Part shown: positions 39,694-52,716 of the stretch, one piece after another
How the letters are laid out: each line of letters begins with the position of its first letter
Numbering within the stretch: the stretch's first letter is position 1
Assembly (NCBI RefSeq): GCF_006345805.1
Contig: NW_021833892.1
Location: forward strand, 124,001 to 188,000
Direction of reading: 5' to 3'
DNA: 64,000 bases
Source of the DNA: Octopus sinensis
Lineage: Eukaryota
Notes under the pieces: generated by a model
The model's database searches: none
Seen by the model: the letters and a program-made list of their open reading frames with translations, nothing else
What the model was told of the DNA's origin: nothing
Made by a program: the position numbers and the translations under genes

Positions 39694-41414
39694 TTAGCAC
39701 TGATAGACATGATGATCAGAAATAAACACACGTTTATAATAATTAATACTAAAACCAATTCTTTCAGTGCATTCTTGAGGAGTTTCGCCATCTTTTTGTT
39801 TCCATTTTGGTTTTTTTCTCATTGAATTTATTTTGTCGATGGTTGAAGTAGAAAGCGTATCTATTATGTCATCATTTCTACACTACCAAAACGAACTTTG
39901 ACTTTCCCAGTCGTGCCAAAGGGGTCCTCCACTACCCCATCTTCCCCACTTGTCAGCTTTCCACGGAAAGAAATGAAATTATCCATAAAATCAGACTTTC
40001 TAGTAAACAGCCCATTGCAAATAATCGTTTTTTGATCCTCACAAACTCTCTCGGCCCAACCATTCTTTGTTTTGCGTCTCAAAACCTTAAGTCTTTGATC
40101 GACCTGATCTCCACTTCCACAAAGTATTTGTCCGCTGAGTGCAATACGACATTTTAGGTCATGTCCAGACTCGAAATTAAAACCAATCAGAAAGGCTGAC
40201 TCATAGTAGAGTGTAGTGGAGGTCCCAAAGTCCATCAGACAGTAAAACTGATCCCCCGATGTGACTTGTTCCAAATATTGATAGCTCATATCAAAATTAA
40301 ATGAAAGGCCTGGATTTTCGTCCATAATTTTTGAGGATGTAAAAAAATGGAGAGTTGCTGGATGGATTTGGTTGATGACTGCCACATGAAGATGGCACTT
40401 TGAGAAAAGAGGTCGTTTATAATATGAAAGAGGAGAAACAAGAGCAATAAGATAACGGGACCTTCTGACTAGAGAAGGTGGCCAACATACGAGACCTCTT
40501 TCAATACTTTTTGAGTTGACATTCGGCAGGCAAATTGCTGCCCTGTCACCCTGGAATGAAAAATGTAATTACTTGACAAATCGAGTTAATTGGCTGCCCA
40601 AACGACTGCATAGACACAATTTTTCTGACAATATTTAAAGAAGAGACGTTCACGTTTAAACCGGTTTTCCGACATCCCGAGAGAACTGTGCCTGTTAGGA
40701 CAGTCCCTCGTCCTTTGACAGTAAAACAGTGATCGATGGCCATCAAAAAGTCATCTCTGTCACGACATATAGTCGGCTCAGCCATGTTGTCCATCAAATC
40801 GATCAGTTGGTCTATTCCAATAAACTATAAACAATTGCAGTGGATTTATCTACATTTCCAACATTATTTTTCTTTACAAGGGAAACAGCCACGATCGGAC
40901 ATTGCCTGAACTTGTTTTCTTGATAATTTTCTCCAATTTTGATTTCATCTACAACTTGATGATACACTAAAACTGTGGAAATTGCCTCTTGACAAGCTTC
41001 AGTGATAATGTCGATTTTGTTAAGTACAATTATCAATTTTTGGCATGTCAATTCTGCCAGAATAAGACACTCTGCAGTCTGTGGTTGAATTCCCTTAGTA
41101 ATGTCGATCACCAAAATACAAATACTGATTATGGAAGACCCTGAGGGATGGTAATGTTATAGAATACCACATATGATAGTTTTAAGCAAAGATGCGTGTC
41201 CAGGACAGTCAACTAATGTAAACTGTCGGGTATGTGATCCCTCGATATTTGAAGGACAGAAAAGCCAAGATCAAGGGTTATACCTCGTTCCTTGCTTTGT
41301 GGATTCTTATCAAACGCTGCCGTACTTCCTTTGGTACTCAGAACTTTGCAGAGTGTCGTCTTCCCACAATCAACATGGCCGAGGATCCCCACACCTTACA
41401 TTAAAACTGGCCAT
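39694..41414 (-). CDS. EEFSEC: Selenocysteine-specific elongation factor eEFSec, with apparent frame defects near the 5' end (possible pseudogene)
   Basis: GILGHVDCGKT, STAAFDKNPQSKERGITLDLGF, TLVDCPGHASL, VIDITKGIQPQTAECL, VLNKID, AIDHCFTVKGRGTVLTGT, QGDRA, ERGL, DPFGTTGKVK; C-terminal KRVF; stop at 39694-39696. Confidence 0.9.
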
Positions 41415-41659
41415 TTCAACAACGCTAACGGACAGTAAGTTTATAAATTATTTTTAATATTTAAATTAAATATTCCCAAATAGAAGGTTAACCTTAAGTT
41501 TAATAATAAATGTATTTGCGACGTCGGCATGAAAAAAGCAAAGAGATAGTTTTTCTTTTACTTTTTTATTCGATCCACTGAGCCGTTATTTATCTTAAAA
41601 ATACCTAAAAGTCTCTATAAGACATGAGGAACTTATTCAATCATTTTGACTTCCATCTC

Positions 41660-43700
41660 CTTATTATTGACGATTTAGAGATCATTTCGGCTCCGCAGTG
41701 GAGGACCACTGGTAACGGCGTCACTCGTCAAACCCTTTCTAAACATCGTAGATGCAGGAACACTCCACCGGTAAGGACAACAGCCAGACTCAACCATAAC
41801 CAGGTCACTCTAAATCGACAAAAATGCTAAAAAAATTTATAAGTCAGTGGCTAGTCAAAAGTAATACCTCTCTACGACAAAACTGTAGGACACTGTGTCA
41901 CTAATGTTACATGTGATTATGTAGAAGACATAATAAGTAGTAATTACTCTTTTTTCATTTATGTTGAAAAATTGACTTAAGAATGAAACAAAGTTAAGAT
42001 CTACTATTTTAAACTTTCTGGTGAACGAGTTAGTTTAAATCAGGGGGACACTTTCACAAAAACAAACATAATAGTCGTGCATAACAGATCGATTTTGTTT
42101 TTGACAAGAAGAATTGCATATTCTTGTTGAGGTTATAATAAAATCTTTCTAAACATACAACAAATGGAAGTGGAAAAAGTCATAAGTATGACATTCTTCA
42201 AAAAAGCTGATATACCGTGCATTACTAAAGTTGGGCGGTTCGTTATTTAAACTTCTTGGAGTATTTGAAAGGATTGAATATAAATGAGAAGACACCTGCA
42301 TAACTTAAATCTCAAGAAAACATTGGAAAGTATTGTCTCATATCTGACAGAATGGAGCCATAGCAGAAGGATGCCGAGCTAGACAGGACGATAACGTTTA
42401 TCTACTTCTCATGACTTTACAAAGCTCTCTTTATGCGCTGATACCTCTCAAGCAAAGAGATGGGAACCTTCCCTGGTGTTTTGAATAAAATCTCGGAATA
42501 TAGGGATAAAGTTTCTAAAGGAAGAAAAAGCTCAGATGAGGCTTGAGTAGCTTGTAGACTCGTGAAAACATTTTTATTCACAAATAAGCAACAAGAAACA
42601 GACGAATGATAAAATCACGTGATTCAGAAAGTTTTAAAGGGTCTTCATCTGTGCCGATTACTGCCATATGGCCGCCAATGTGGTCTAACGTGTAATTCTG
42701 GTCTCCGTGATGAATTATATCTCGTCCACGGAGTGCAAAAAGCTTAATGTTTGTAAAAGTTGGACTTTTCTCTACTCTAACGCTCGTGAGTGTAAAAGCT
42801 TTTTCAGGCTCGCCTCGATTTTCAATTGTTGATCCGGAAATTGATTTATCCAATATCTACAAGCGACGAACAACAAGGCTGTATAGTTAGTTACCCGACT
42901 TCTTTAGCATGTAGGAGCCGGGCTGCAATCAGATAGCGAGAAGCAGAGATTGACGCTCCCAGAGATCCAGAATCTCGATAGGTGGTGACAGGTGAGGCGG
43001 TCCAGAACAGAAAAAGGTCTTTAGCGGTTAGCGAGTGATATGTTTCAAAAATGAGTAAATGATGTCCCGAGCGAGTTGTGCAAGCTTGAAACGGAGGTTG
43101 CAAGTGTTCTGAAGGATGGAACAGCGGGGAGAATCAAGAAATTTGTGATTTTTAAACATCCTGATAGCACGAAATGAGATTTAATCATGAACTAGTTTCT
43201 TCCCAATTTGCAATTGTTCGTTAAGAGTATTTTTGAGAGATATCTGCATTGATCAGTCAGAGTAGTGATAATATGCCTTTTTTTCTGAAATAGAGATTTT
43301 GTGGCATGGATGAGATAGTCTTATATTTCGTGGAGCAATTGGAGTCCTCTTGGGAAGTGTTGAAAGCACAATTTATTAAAATTTAGATTTATTCATATTG
43401 TAAATTAATTAAATTAAAATTGATAAGACATACTCGACGTGATGTCTTTTTCTCTGATTCATATACGATCTCCATCTGAAGCAGCTCAAACAATAAGTCT
43501 TGACGAAAACACTGGTTATATATATAAATTACTTTCTAGAAACGGTTTTAAATTCATACAAAGATTTACTAATGAGGGTGGGATTAAATTATACCTCCAA
43601 AGACTCTAATAGATATATATTCTGGTATAAAATACTTATTAACAATCGAGGTACTGCAACGAAGACCGCATACTTCTCTGTGAAGAATCATTCCGGGCAG
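41660..43700 (-). CDS. Candidate unidentified multi-exon gene; model unresolved
   Basis: Consecutive open minus-strand stretches (43103-42891, 42853-42578, ~42570-42420 and others) with GT-AG segments of mini-intron size between some; the plus strand is stop-rich. No family motif recognised. Confidence 0.35.
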
Positions 43701-43813
43701 ACCTTTTTGGTCGGTCCCTCAATTTATTTACTCAAATAAAATTATTCCAAATTCAATCTCATTTAATGAATTTAGTCAAAAGACAAGTTTTGTTTGTCTA
43801 ATAAATATAGAAC

Positions 43814-46800
43814 ATGTCGAGAATATGTTCTTCTCTCTGCAAGCATTGAATGTTGTTACATCGTAATGTTCAACTCCTGTGGGGCTAATCATTCCATTCT
43901 AAACAGCCGACCTGCCTTTTATTCCGGTTGAATGTGACAGGACTGACCTAAGTGGTTGGGAACCACTTTGTTCAACATTTTCCACAAATTCAAAAAATGC
44001 GTTCTTTGGGGCCATTTCGACTGCTTTTAGCAAAATTCATATTTTGTGATTCCTCTGTAAGTGTGAATCTAAATCTGGTGTTTTGAATGAATAAATTTAA
44101 GAATCGTCGCTGCTTTCTGAGTCTTTTAAAGTCGGGATCTCTTTTTATGTGGATCTGTGTTGGTCGACGTCGTATTTTCGAAGGATTTCTAATTTGGTCA
44201 CCTCCAGGTCCTCAAATCGGTCAATTATCCCTTCGGCCTGCCTGTTTATGAATTAAATGGACAAGATTACTTTGCCTGTCTCCACGATGGACAAATCGAG
44301 ATCTGGGAATGCTCCACCGTTGGTCATTTGTCAATAAATTTAAAAGAAGGGGAGACTTGTGGCGAGTTGTAATATATTTGACCTACTGGTGAGTCCGCTG
44401 AGCACTCAGGGGACTCTGAGAACAATTTCCTCGTCAAATCCAGAGGACATAATTCAATAAATGTGAACTATTTGTCCAAGTACGTCTAAAGTCGTCATAT
44501 TGTGTAATATTTTGTTTATTCAATCATTTCGGTAGGTGGCTGCCTTTATGTTATTTTTGGATGAAAATGTCAGTTTAAATTTCGATCGAAGGATCAGTGA
44601 GACACATGTATTTTTGAATTGTCTCATTTTTATAGAACCCTTGTTTATCTATAGTCTCTACTCGTGATTATTACGTACTGATGACTGGAAGTGTTGATCA
44701 TAAAAGTATTGAATTGGTAAGAAGGTAGTGCTTGTTGTATATTGAATATTAGAGAAAATGACTATCCCTGTACTGTAGTGAGTGACAGTCGGTCAGCCCA
44801 TTCAGAGTTGGTGTGTAATGTTATTGGGGATGATGCGAATGATTTGTGTTTAATGGCATTTAATAGTTTTCGTCGGGCACTGAAATCATTCTCTCTTGAC
44901 ACAATCCGTCGATCTATTCTGGTAGCAGTGATTTTGAGGAATGCGTTGTAGTTGGAGGTTGAATGTGGTGGACTTTGTTTTAACGTTGGGAATATTGAGG
45001 CAATGGACTATGCTCAGCTGACAGATTTATGTTCTAAGCTAATTTATGAAAAGGTTATTGTTGTGGAATAAGTTTTAGATTGGCTCTCATGGGGTAGTTG
45101 AGGGGGAAGAGGACTTGTATTTAGAAAACACACATTTTGCAGATATAAAAGCATTTTATTCCACGTGTTTGCTTTGTGATCAACAGGTAGCTTTTGATGA
45201 TTAAATTAAGGAACATAATTTAATTTCCTTTGACTGCATGGAGGATTCCAACGAATTAGTGCTTCTCTCGAAGGTTAGACCTAATTTAAAGGACAGTAGA
45301 GCGGATTGTCATTTCTTGTGAGAAATGTTGGTCAGAATTTGTGCTTTCAGCAGTCTTTTCCAGCCTCTCATGTTGGGGCTGAATTATTCCCTGATTCCGA
45401 AGAGTTAACTTCTCAAATCCTGATTGAAGGATTACGATTAGTAGATTCCGCTGTCATGCACAGCATCGGTTCCTCCACTTTTGACAATTTTATGTTTAAA
45501 TTTATCAAGAATTACTTTAACTGTAAGATACTTGACTCAATTGATCTGTTGAGTCGAATTATCAAAGAAAATCTGTAAAATGAGTGAAATATTTTTAGTA
45601 ATTCACGGGATTATGCAGTACTTGTGAGTCTTTTGTCAAATATGAGTGTCTCTCTGTTGTCGAACTCAATAAAACAACTCGAGGATTTCAGGTTCCCACA
45701 AAAAGAAGATGGTTTTGTGTTTTGTACATAAAATAGTGAGAAAATGCGGAAAATGTGAGATTTCCTCACTCGGTTTGGAGTATTTGACAAAACAATTCCA
45801 ATTATATGTCAGTTCCCACCGCAGATATGTTCGATCCCTCTTCATTCTTTGTTCAATGAGTGGAAATCTACAAGTTTGGCTAGGTTTTACGAATTATTTG
45901 CAGTTTTTGGAAGATGATATGAAAACTTATTTAATCAATCATATTTTGAACTTTTATTGCATTGATTTCTCACTTGGAGCTGCTTGTCTGCCGTCTAACA
46001 AGCTTCCTGATTGCTTGTTTGTACAATAATGATTTAATTCTCCTATTAGTGGACGTATTGACTCATTATACCACGAATATGCCACAATTCACTTCAATTT
46101 TAACAAAAAATATAGTCCAGAACTGAAACTGGTGGCACTGATTTTGGAAAACGGGGTGGAGTTGTGTCAGAATGACTTGAACGTCTGCTCTCAGTCTGAC
46201 ATGTTCGACTCTTTACTGAATCTATGGGGAAATGAGTTTCTTAGTCTGTTTGGGCTGCTGTTGTTTGAGAGCGGATGTCTGAGTGCTGTCGTTGAATATT
46301 CGAATACTCTATCCACGTCTCAGAGACAGATTCCTCCCACACTTTTATTTATCACCTGTCTTGCCAATCTGTATTTTATTTTCATTACAACAAATTTAGA
46401 GTGCTAAATGATGGATGTCTGGGTAGGACATTTAAAATGATTGGAGGAAAAGAGTTTATGAACGAATTGTCTGTGTTTTTTAAATTTTCCAATTGGGAAG
46501 AATATAATTTAATGGTATTATTACAATTTCAAATTGAGGTTGTCACTGCCATGTCTTTGTGTAAAAGACATGAATTGGTCTCCGACTATTGTGAGGATAT
46601 ATTCCAATTCGGGCCATATCCGGATGAATTTGTAGTCAAAGTTGATGTATTGTAGATTCCATTTCTTTTTGACGCCTATCTGCACATCGAACAGTATACC
46701 ACAGCCATTCTACTTCTTGCTGCCTCTAATATTCAGTTCGTATCATATTTGAATATATATAGACCTAAAACCGACCTGATTGCTTCATTTTTGGATTACA

Positions 46801-48247
46801 TTGAAGAACATTATAAATATGAAGTAATGGACACAATTCCTTTGAATTCTCTGAGTATTCAGGTTGAGTGTTTGGCTAAATTGGCCAAGATATTCGATTC
46901 GATGACAGGGAGATTGGCAGGTGTCGACTATTCTAATTTGCTGTACTTTTCGCTCCGCACTATTTCATTTGGAAATAGAATCTATCAATTCCAGAGTGGT
47001 TATTGGTTCATAAATCACGATTCAATAGTGGCTCAAGTTGCCTACAACAGTAGCAGGAAACTTATCAAGCACGACAAAGCTGAATTTGAGGGACCTTGTA
47101 GACTCATGGAGGAAGCATTGAAGGCTTTGGCAAGTCTGCCTGAATATGATCAGTTTATTGTCTGTAACGAAGACACGTGTTTATGTTCACTCGACTTGGT
47201 TGATTTGTATGTTTTATTTAAGCGTATTGCCAATGAACATATTCGCGTGTCGGGCGAGGGAATTGTTCGACTAAAACCAACAAATCTGATTTTGGTAGAT
47301 AGGAAACGGATTGAAGCCGAACTGTTGATTTTGAAGTCAAAAAGAACTCTTTCAGATCTCGATCTGTCAATATCGACTTCAGAGAAAGCCGAAGATTTGA
47401 TTCCAGTCCTTTGCATAGCTGGGCTTTATGACGAAGCATTTCAAGTCACTTCTTATTATTCTATTTCGAATGTGGACATTATTGATAGTTTACTCAAAAG
47501 GTATGCAATGTCAGGGAAATTGGTTAGATGTGTCGAATCAAAGTCCGTCGTCAAAATGAGTCCTGATTTATATCTAGAAAATTCTAAATGGATTCTTCAA
47601 ATTCCATTTTTTGAAACATTTGAGTCAAAAAAGTGTCAAATGATTATTTTATTTGCTTTAGTTACGTCGATTCGTGTATTACTGTTCTGCAGACTCTGCT
47701 TCTCAAATACGACGACACGGATTCTTTCAATCTACACAGACTTTCTATAAATTACTTCTTAAAACATGGAACGTTGCCTCCATTATGCCTGGAGACTCAA
47801 TATATGGTATAATCCTGGATTGGGTTATTCCAGAGCGTATTTCCTGTGTCTCTCCTTCGTATTTATGTCGATAACGAGTTTTATGAACGTGCGGCTGAAT
47901 TGATAATCGAAATGTGCAGAGCATGTTTGGGGGAGGGAGAGAACCCAACTCGATTTGGTGTTAAAGTAAGAAGTGATGTGTATTTGCTTAGAATTGCCTG
48001 CTTTTCAAAGATTCAGAAGTTTGTTTCCCATATTCAGCAGTCGAGGAGTTTTTGTCGCTAATTGGGAGTTTACAGAATAAGGGTCGACTTGATAAAGAAG
48101 TATCATGTGCCATTTGTGTTGTAGTTATTGTCGGAGTTGTCCGAGGAACTTGTTTATTACATGGACACTGTTGAGAAGACGTCGCAGGACATGCAGTATT
48201 ATAGAAAATGGAAATTCAAGTTAAAACAAGATCATTCTTTTGAGTGA
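43814..48247 (+). CDS. NUP160: Nucleoporin Nup160, many mini-introns; start approximate
   Basis: ALKALASLPEYDQFI, AEDLIPVLCIAGLYDEAFQV and FLKHGTLPP..SLLRIYVDNEFYERAAELIIEMCRACLGEG follow the Nup160 C-terminal pattern; stop TGA at 48245-48247. Confidence 0.8.
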
Positions 48248-48611
48248 GTGTTTAGTTTCTTTTTATCTTTTTTTTTATTAATTATACAACTCACTATGAC
48301 AATTAATTAAGGCAAAGGATGATTTACAATGTAAATTTTACATGATCGTGAATTCAATTAATTTAGATTTTGATGATATATAAAAATGAGCATTCTATTA
48401 TTTTTGGTTTACTTGGAATACTGTTTACTTAATCGAAATAGAGCTGTCGATTCTACAATGACTAGGGCGATTTTTTAACCTAAAAGATAAAAAAAAATTA
48501 ACCTAAAAAATTTAATTTTCTTAATTTGAATACGAAAAAAAATACCCCAAAAATTTAACTATAACTAAACAATAGAAACGCTGAAACTCTTTGATACACA
48601 TACAAATTACA

Positions 48612-50560
48612 TTTTTTTTTTTTTTTTTTTTTATATGTAATTAACAAATAGTTATTAACTAACTAAATTCCCGGCATCGTAAATGGAAACACAGTTTCCA
48701 CGTACTATGGCCAAGGAAATCCTTTCGAAAAGCCACTTGGACTCGCGTGGGTCTCCCCGTTTATGGGAGATCATGCGGCCAAGCTTTTTTAGAAAGGAAA
48801 GAGACTTTTCGCCGATGACGCCGGAAGTCTCGACGGCGATGGGAGTGAACAGATACCGTTCAGAGAGCTCCTTGTACTTTCCAATCTTCATCTTCTCGGT
48901 TTTGCGAGAGACTGAGCCAGGCTCGACAGCTGAAGAAGGAAGGTTGAGCTCCGAGAAAGTGTCTGAACACGTCGCATCCCATAACAGAGACTTGCCGAAC
49001 TCAAACGGGAAAGTCGATAGGCCGTCGGGTCTTTTTCCGTCTCCCCTCGCAAGCCCAACGGGTTCGAGGATTGATGGGATCCCAGCGGCCGTGAGCCCCC
49101 TCTGAATAACGTCGTTAAGTGCTGCATGGCGTGGTGCGCGCCCTGCACTGCGACGACAGGAAAGGGGATGTAGACCAAAACGGTCAATGACAGCACCACA
49201 ACGACATTTGTGTATTTCGCAGATTTCCAATCCAAGACGCAATGATAAACCAATTCGTAGGCAATCTTTGTCTAGTAGGTTACCGGTGGAAGGGACAGGG
49301 AGAGCATCCAGCCAGGCCCCACTCCCTGTGCAGCAGCCTGCGCGGAGACATGCAAGTCTGTGCTGATCGAAATTTTTGCGTAGATGTACGTCAAGAGCTT
49401 CACAAGAAATGGCATCCCATTGAGCTTGGATACACGGGTCACTGGGTCTTTTGTTGTACAATGAATCCCAAAAGTCCAGAGCGGCCACGTGATCAACTGA
49501 CATTTTTCGTTCGGGAAGGTTTCTGAGAACGATGTCAGTGAGGGCACGGGATGATGCCAGGGACGAGAGGAAGGCAGGAAGAGCCAGATAAACGGGCGAA
49601 CGAAGGCCAATCCCCCCGAGATTAACAGGCAGGGAAGATTGAAGCCACCCCAGAGCGTCGAAATGGATGTTACACAGATACTCGGCTCCAGACTTCAAGA
49701 TAGAATCGATATCGGATAACAGATTAGGCATGCGAAAACAAGGAGAACTCCTTAGGGTGTACAAAAGCCTCGGAGTTGAGAAATAGTTACGCAGAAGAAA
49801 GAACCCGACGTGGAAATTACATTATTTTCTAAATTTTATATAAAGTGGTCTTGGTGTTTTAATAAAATAAATCAATCAAAAACTACAAGGTTAAAATTGT
49901 TTTGCATTGATGTGGCGGGAAAATCTCAGGCGTATTCAGAAGAGGAAAAGAAAACAGAGTTGACAAAATTAGTGGAATCGGACAACGATGATAGATAGCA
50001 TGGCAAGGATAAATCTCTGCAAGACGGATATCGATGCCCCCGCAACGATTAGGTAAATTGCCACGTAGTATGTCACCAGGTTTGAATATGATATTCACCA
50101 GCAACTCGGGGGTTTTGAAACCAAATTATAAAGACGAGATAGATGTTCTTGCTTGAGAAAGAAAGGCGATGAGTGCATAAGGAAAGTAAGTTTCGGAATA
50201 AAAAATAGTTCTTCATTAGGAAAAGCTCCAGATGAGATTCAAGTTTGCAGATACGTAAGATAAGGATTTCTATTTCTTTTTTGTGGTCACTGAGAGCCTT
50301 TCTAATCTCCTTGCTACTGATTTGGGAACCAAGGCAGCTCAGATTTCGAACCGTTAAGGACAAGCCCAATAAAAGCAAACCCAAAAATAATTTTGTGGAA
50401 ATCGCTTCGCTTCCTAAAGAAGCTTGGACGCTTAGCCACATTAAAAAGCCACGACACACGTGAGACCCGGTGGCTTTTCCAGTTGATCTCCGTTGCTATC
50501 GTGAGAGGCAACGCAACGTCAATTATGTTGGCGGGGTCCACTTCGGACCGGTAAAATTTT
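48612..50560 (-). mobile_element. CRE-clade-like REL retroelement with poly(A) tail; RT core deleted, 3' 369-codon frame open
   Basis: T21 at 48612-48632. QSSLPVNLGGIGL, GAWLDALP, CRCG..GLHPLSC..RHAALND, RPDG, WDATCSDT, KIGKY, PIAVETSG. An AT-rich ~110-bp segment at 49810-49920 replaces the RT core. Confidence 0.9.
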
Positions 50561-50789
50561 CTTAATTAATTCCATAAATTAACTTCTATAAATAAAGTTG
50601 ATTTGAATTTTTGTGACATCATATTTGACGATTTCCGAGGTCCGAATTTTTTTATCAATTAATAAAATGCATTTTTTTTAATTTAAAGACTAATTAAAAA
50701 ATGGAGACATTCACTTCCTTTAAAAAATCAGTATTCTCGTTTTAATACTTGTTTTAATGTTTCAACTAATATTATCAAGATGATAAAAG

Positions 50790-51150
50790 TTCCACAAATA
50801 TGACCTTTTGGAAAATGAATTAGGGGTGATTCATCGGGCTAAAGTGAAAATAATCCCTGTTGTACTTACATGGGACGGAATTGTCTCAAGATTCTTCAAA
50901 AGTCATCTGCATTCTATCGCAATGGAAGACAGAGTGAAGGCATATATCCAAACACTCGTTTTAAGAAAAATATAGAGAGTATGCATGAGGAGACAAGACA
51001 TGGAATATCGGTTCCCGATGAGGAGCAAGCATTGATTGGGTGTCACCGAAGGATTCTTCTGAATCAGGAATACGTGTGGACGAGGACCTCTATGTACCGA
51101 CTATGATTATTGGGCATAAGAGACGAAGATTGTTCTAAAAAGAATATGTA
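50790..51150 (+). mobile_element. 3' fragment of an R4/Dong-like REL retroelement
   Basis: KFHKYDLLENELG..KIIPVVLTWDGIVS..VKAYIQTLVLRK; homologous to 24030-24230. Confidence 0.85.
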
Positions 51151-51299
51151 ATAATAGGGAAGAAAAATAATTCACTTCATTCTTTTGTTTAATAAAAATA
51201 ATTATCAAGGTGATTGAAGACATTTAAATTTACTTCATCTTTCTATATGAAGTATTTCCTAATTATATAGACACTATTCATTACATTGTTCATTTTCTA

Positions 51300-52450
51300 A
51301 AACGACTTGTTCATTCTTTTGTCCTCCACAATCAATGTCCTCATCATAATTTTTATCCAACTTGTCCAGGATTTATTCACTCTCTGTATGCTCGTATAGA
51401 AGATACACTTGCTCTCGAATTGGATCATTTATTTGTAGTCGACACGAATCCCTGATAAGTTTCAGGCGAAGACTCATCATATATTTCTTCAATAAAATTG
51501 TGGGTCCATTTAGATTATTGAAAGCAGTTTATTATTGGTTTATTTTTTACATGCCTCAAATGATGATTTTCCGAGTTCAATTTTTTTAATAATTTCAAGA
51601 AATTTGAATTTATTGACTAGCGTCTTGAATGTCTTAATAGCTCCTTGGTCCATCGGCTGTAAAAACATGTAGCACTTGCCGGGAAAAACATTATTTCAAT
51701 TTGCTGTAAATTTGTAAAAATCTTGTGAGATAGACATTGGTCAATTACGAGTAGTATTTTTGCATTTTTTTAGCCAAACTGATATCTTGGAATCCATCCA
51801 TATTTTTCTGAATTAAGATAGCTTACAAAACTTCCGTATCTAAAATTTTTAATGAAGATAGATTTTTTGATTTTTCCAATTATGAATGATGCTAGTTTAT
51901 TGGTAGCGGTTATATTCGAAAAAAGCATTATTGATAATCGATCCTTCAATAATTTATGCACGTTATCGTTCTCTGGCAATTCTCGCAGATCGAGCTTGTC
52001 TTTCGTCTTGGACTTTTTATCTCTATTACAAAAATATTAAAAATTTATGCCTGTATCTCTTTATGCCTGTACGAAGATTTTAATGAAAAATAAGGATCCC
52101 CAAAAGACTCTTCATCTCTTTCAGTCTTGTTGGGCATCGTCTGAGGACCTGTCAAGGCGTCTTATGAACCGGCAGTTTAAAATAATTTTTGTCCGTGTTT
52201 TCTTTTTTCAAAAAAAGTTGAGAAAAATAATATATATTTCTAAAAATGCGGCTTGGAAGAACATCAGTGTTAAAGTTTTCGCTCTCGTTTTTATTAACAT
52301 GTTGAAAAGAATTCTTTACTTTTTTGCTTATAATATTTAAAGGGATCTTATCATAAAAATCGAAAACATTCACTTTGCTTATTTTAACCAGTATGCAAAT
52401 TTTTTTTTAATTTTCTTGGTGTGAAGTGAAGGTTTTAAGGATCACGTCAT
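51300..52450 (-). mobile_element. Tigger/pogo transposase remnant
   Basis: DDE_1-type fragments NKLASFIIGK and FLQPMDQGAIKTFK plus an acidic tail; TIRs not found. Confidence 0.7.
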
Positions 52451-52716
52451 CGAAGGTATTGTTAATATGTTAGATTTTTGGGTGGAATGTTTTTAAAGGA
52501 CCTCACCTCATCACTTGTTCCTTGACTAATTATAAGGAAAAAGTATTTTCACAATTTATCAGTATCTTGCTAATTTGAAATTGGTGCAGACACACCATAC
52601 CGTTTTATTATTATTTCACTAGAAAGCTTATTTTCTATTAAAAAATCAATGAAAGATGCAATAAAACAATCAATAACAAATGAAACAAATATTCTTAATC
52701 TAAGGATGATAGTATA

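Noticed and set aside
41600-43380. Plus-strand Gypsy pol remnant (DFTKLSLCADTS, LRDELYLVHG)
   Set aside because: Motif spacing does not fit, no LTRs or RT core, and the minus strand is the more open one.
48540-50760. Spliced-leader RNA or snRNA gene at the CRE-like insertion site
   Set aside because: No convincing leader, donor, Sm site and stem-loop arrangement, no tandem array, and no TSD identified by eye.
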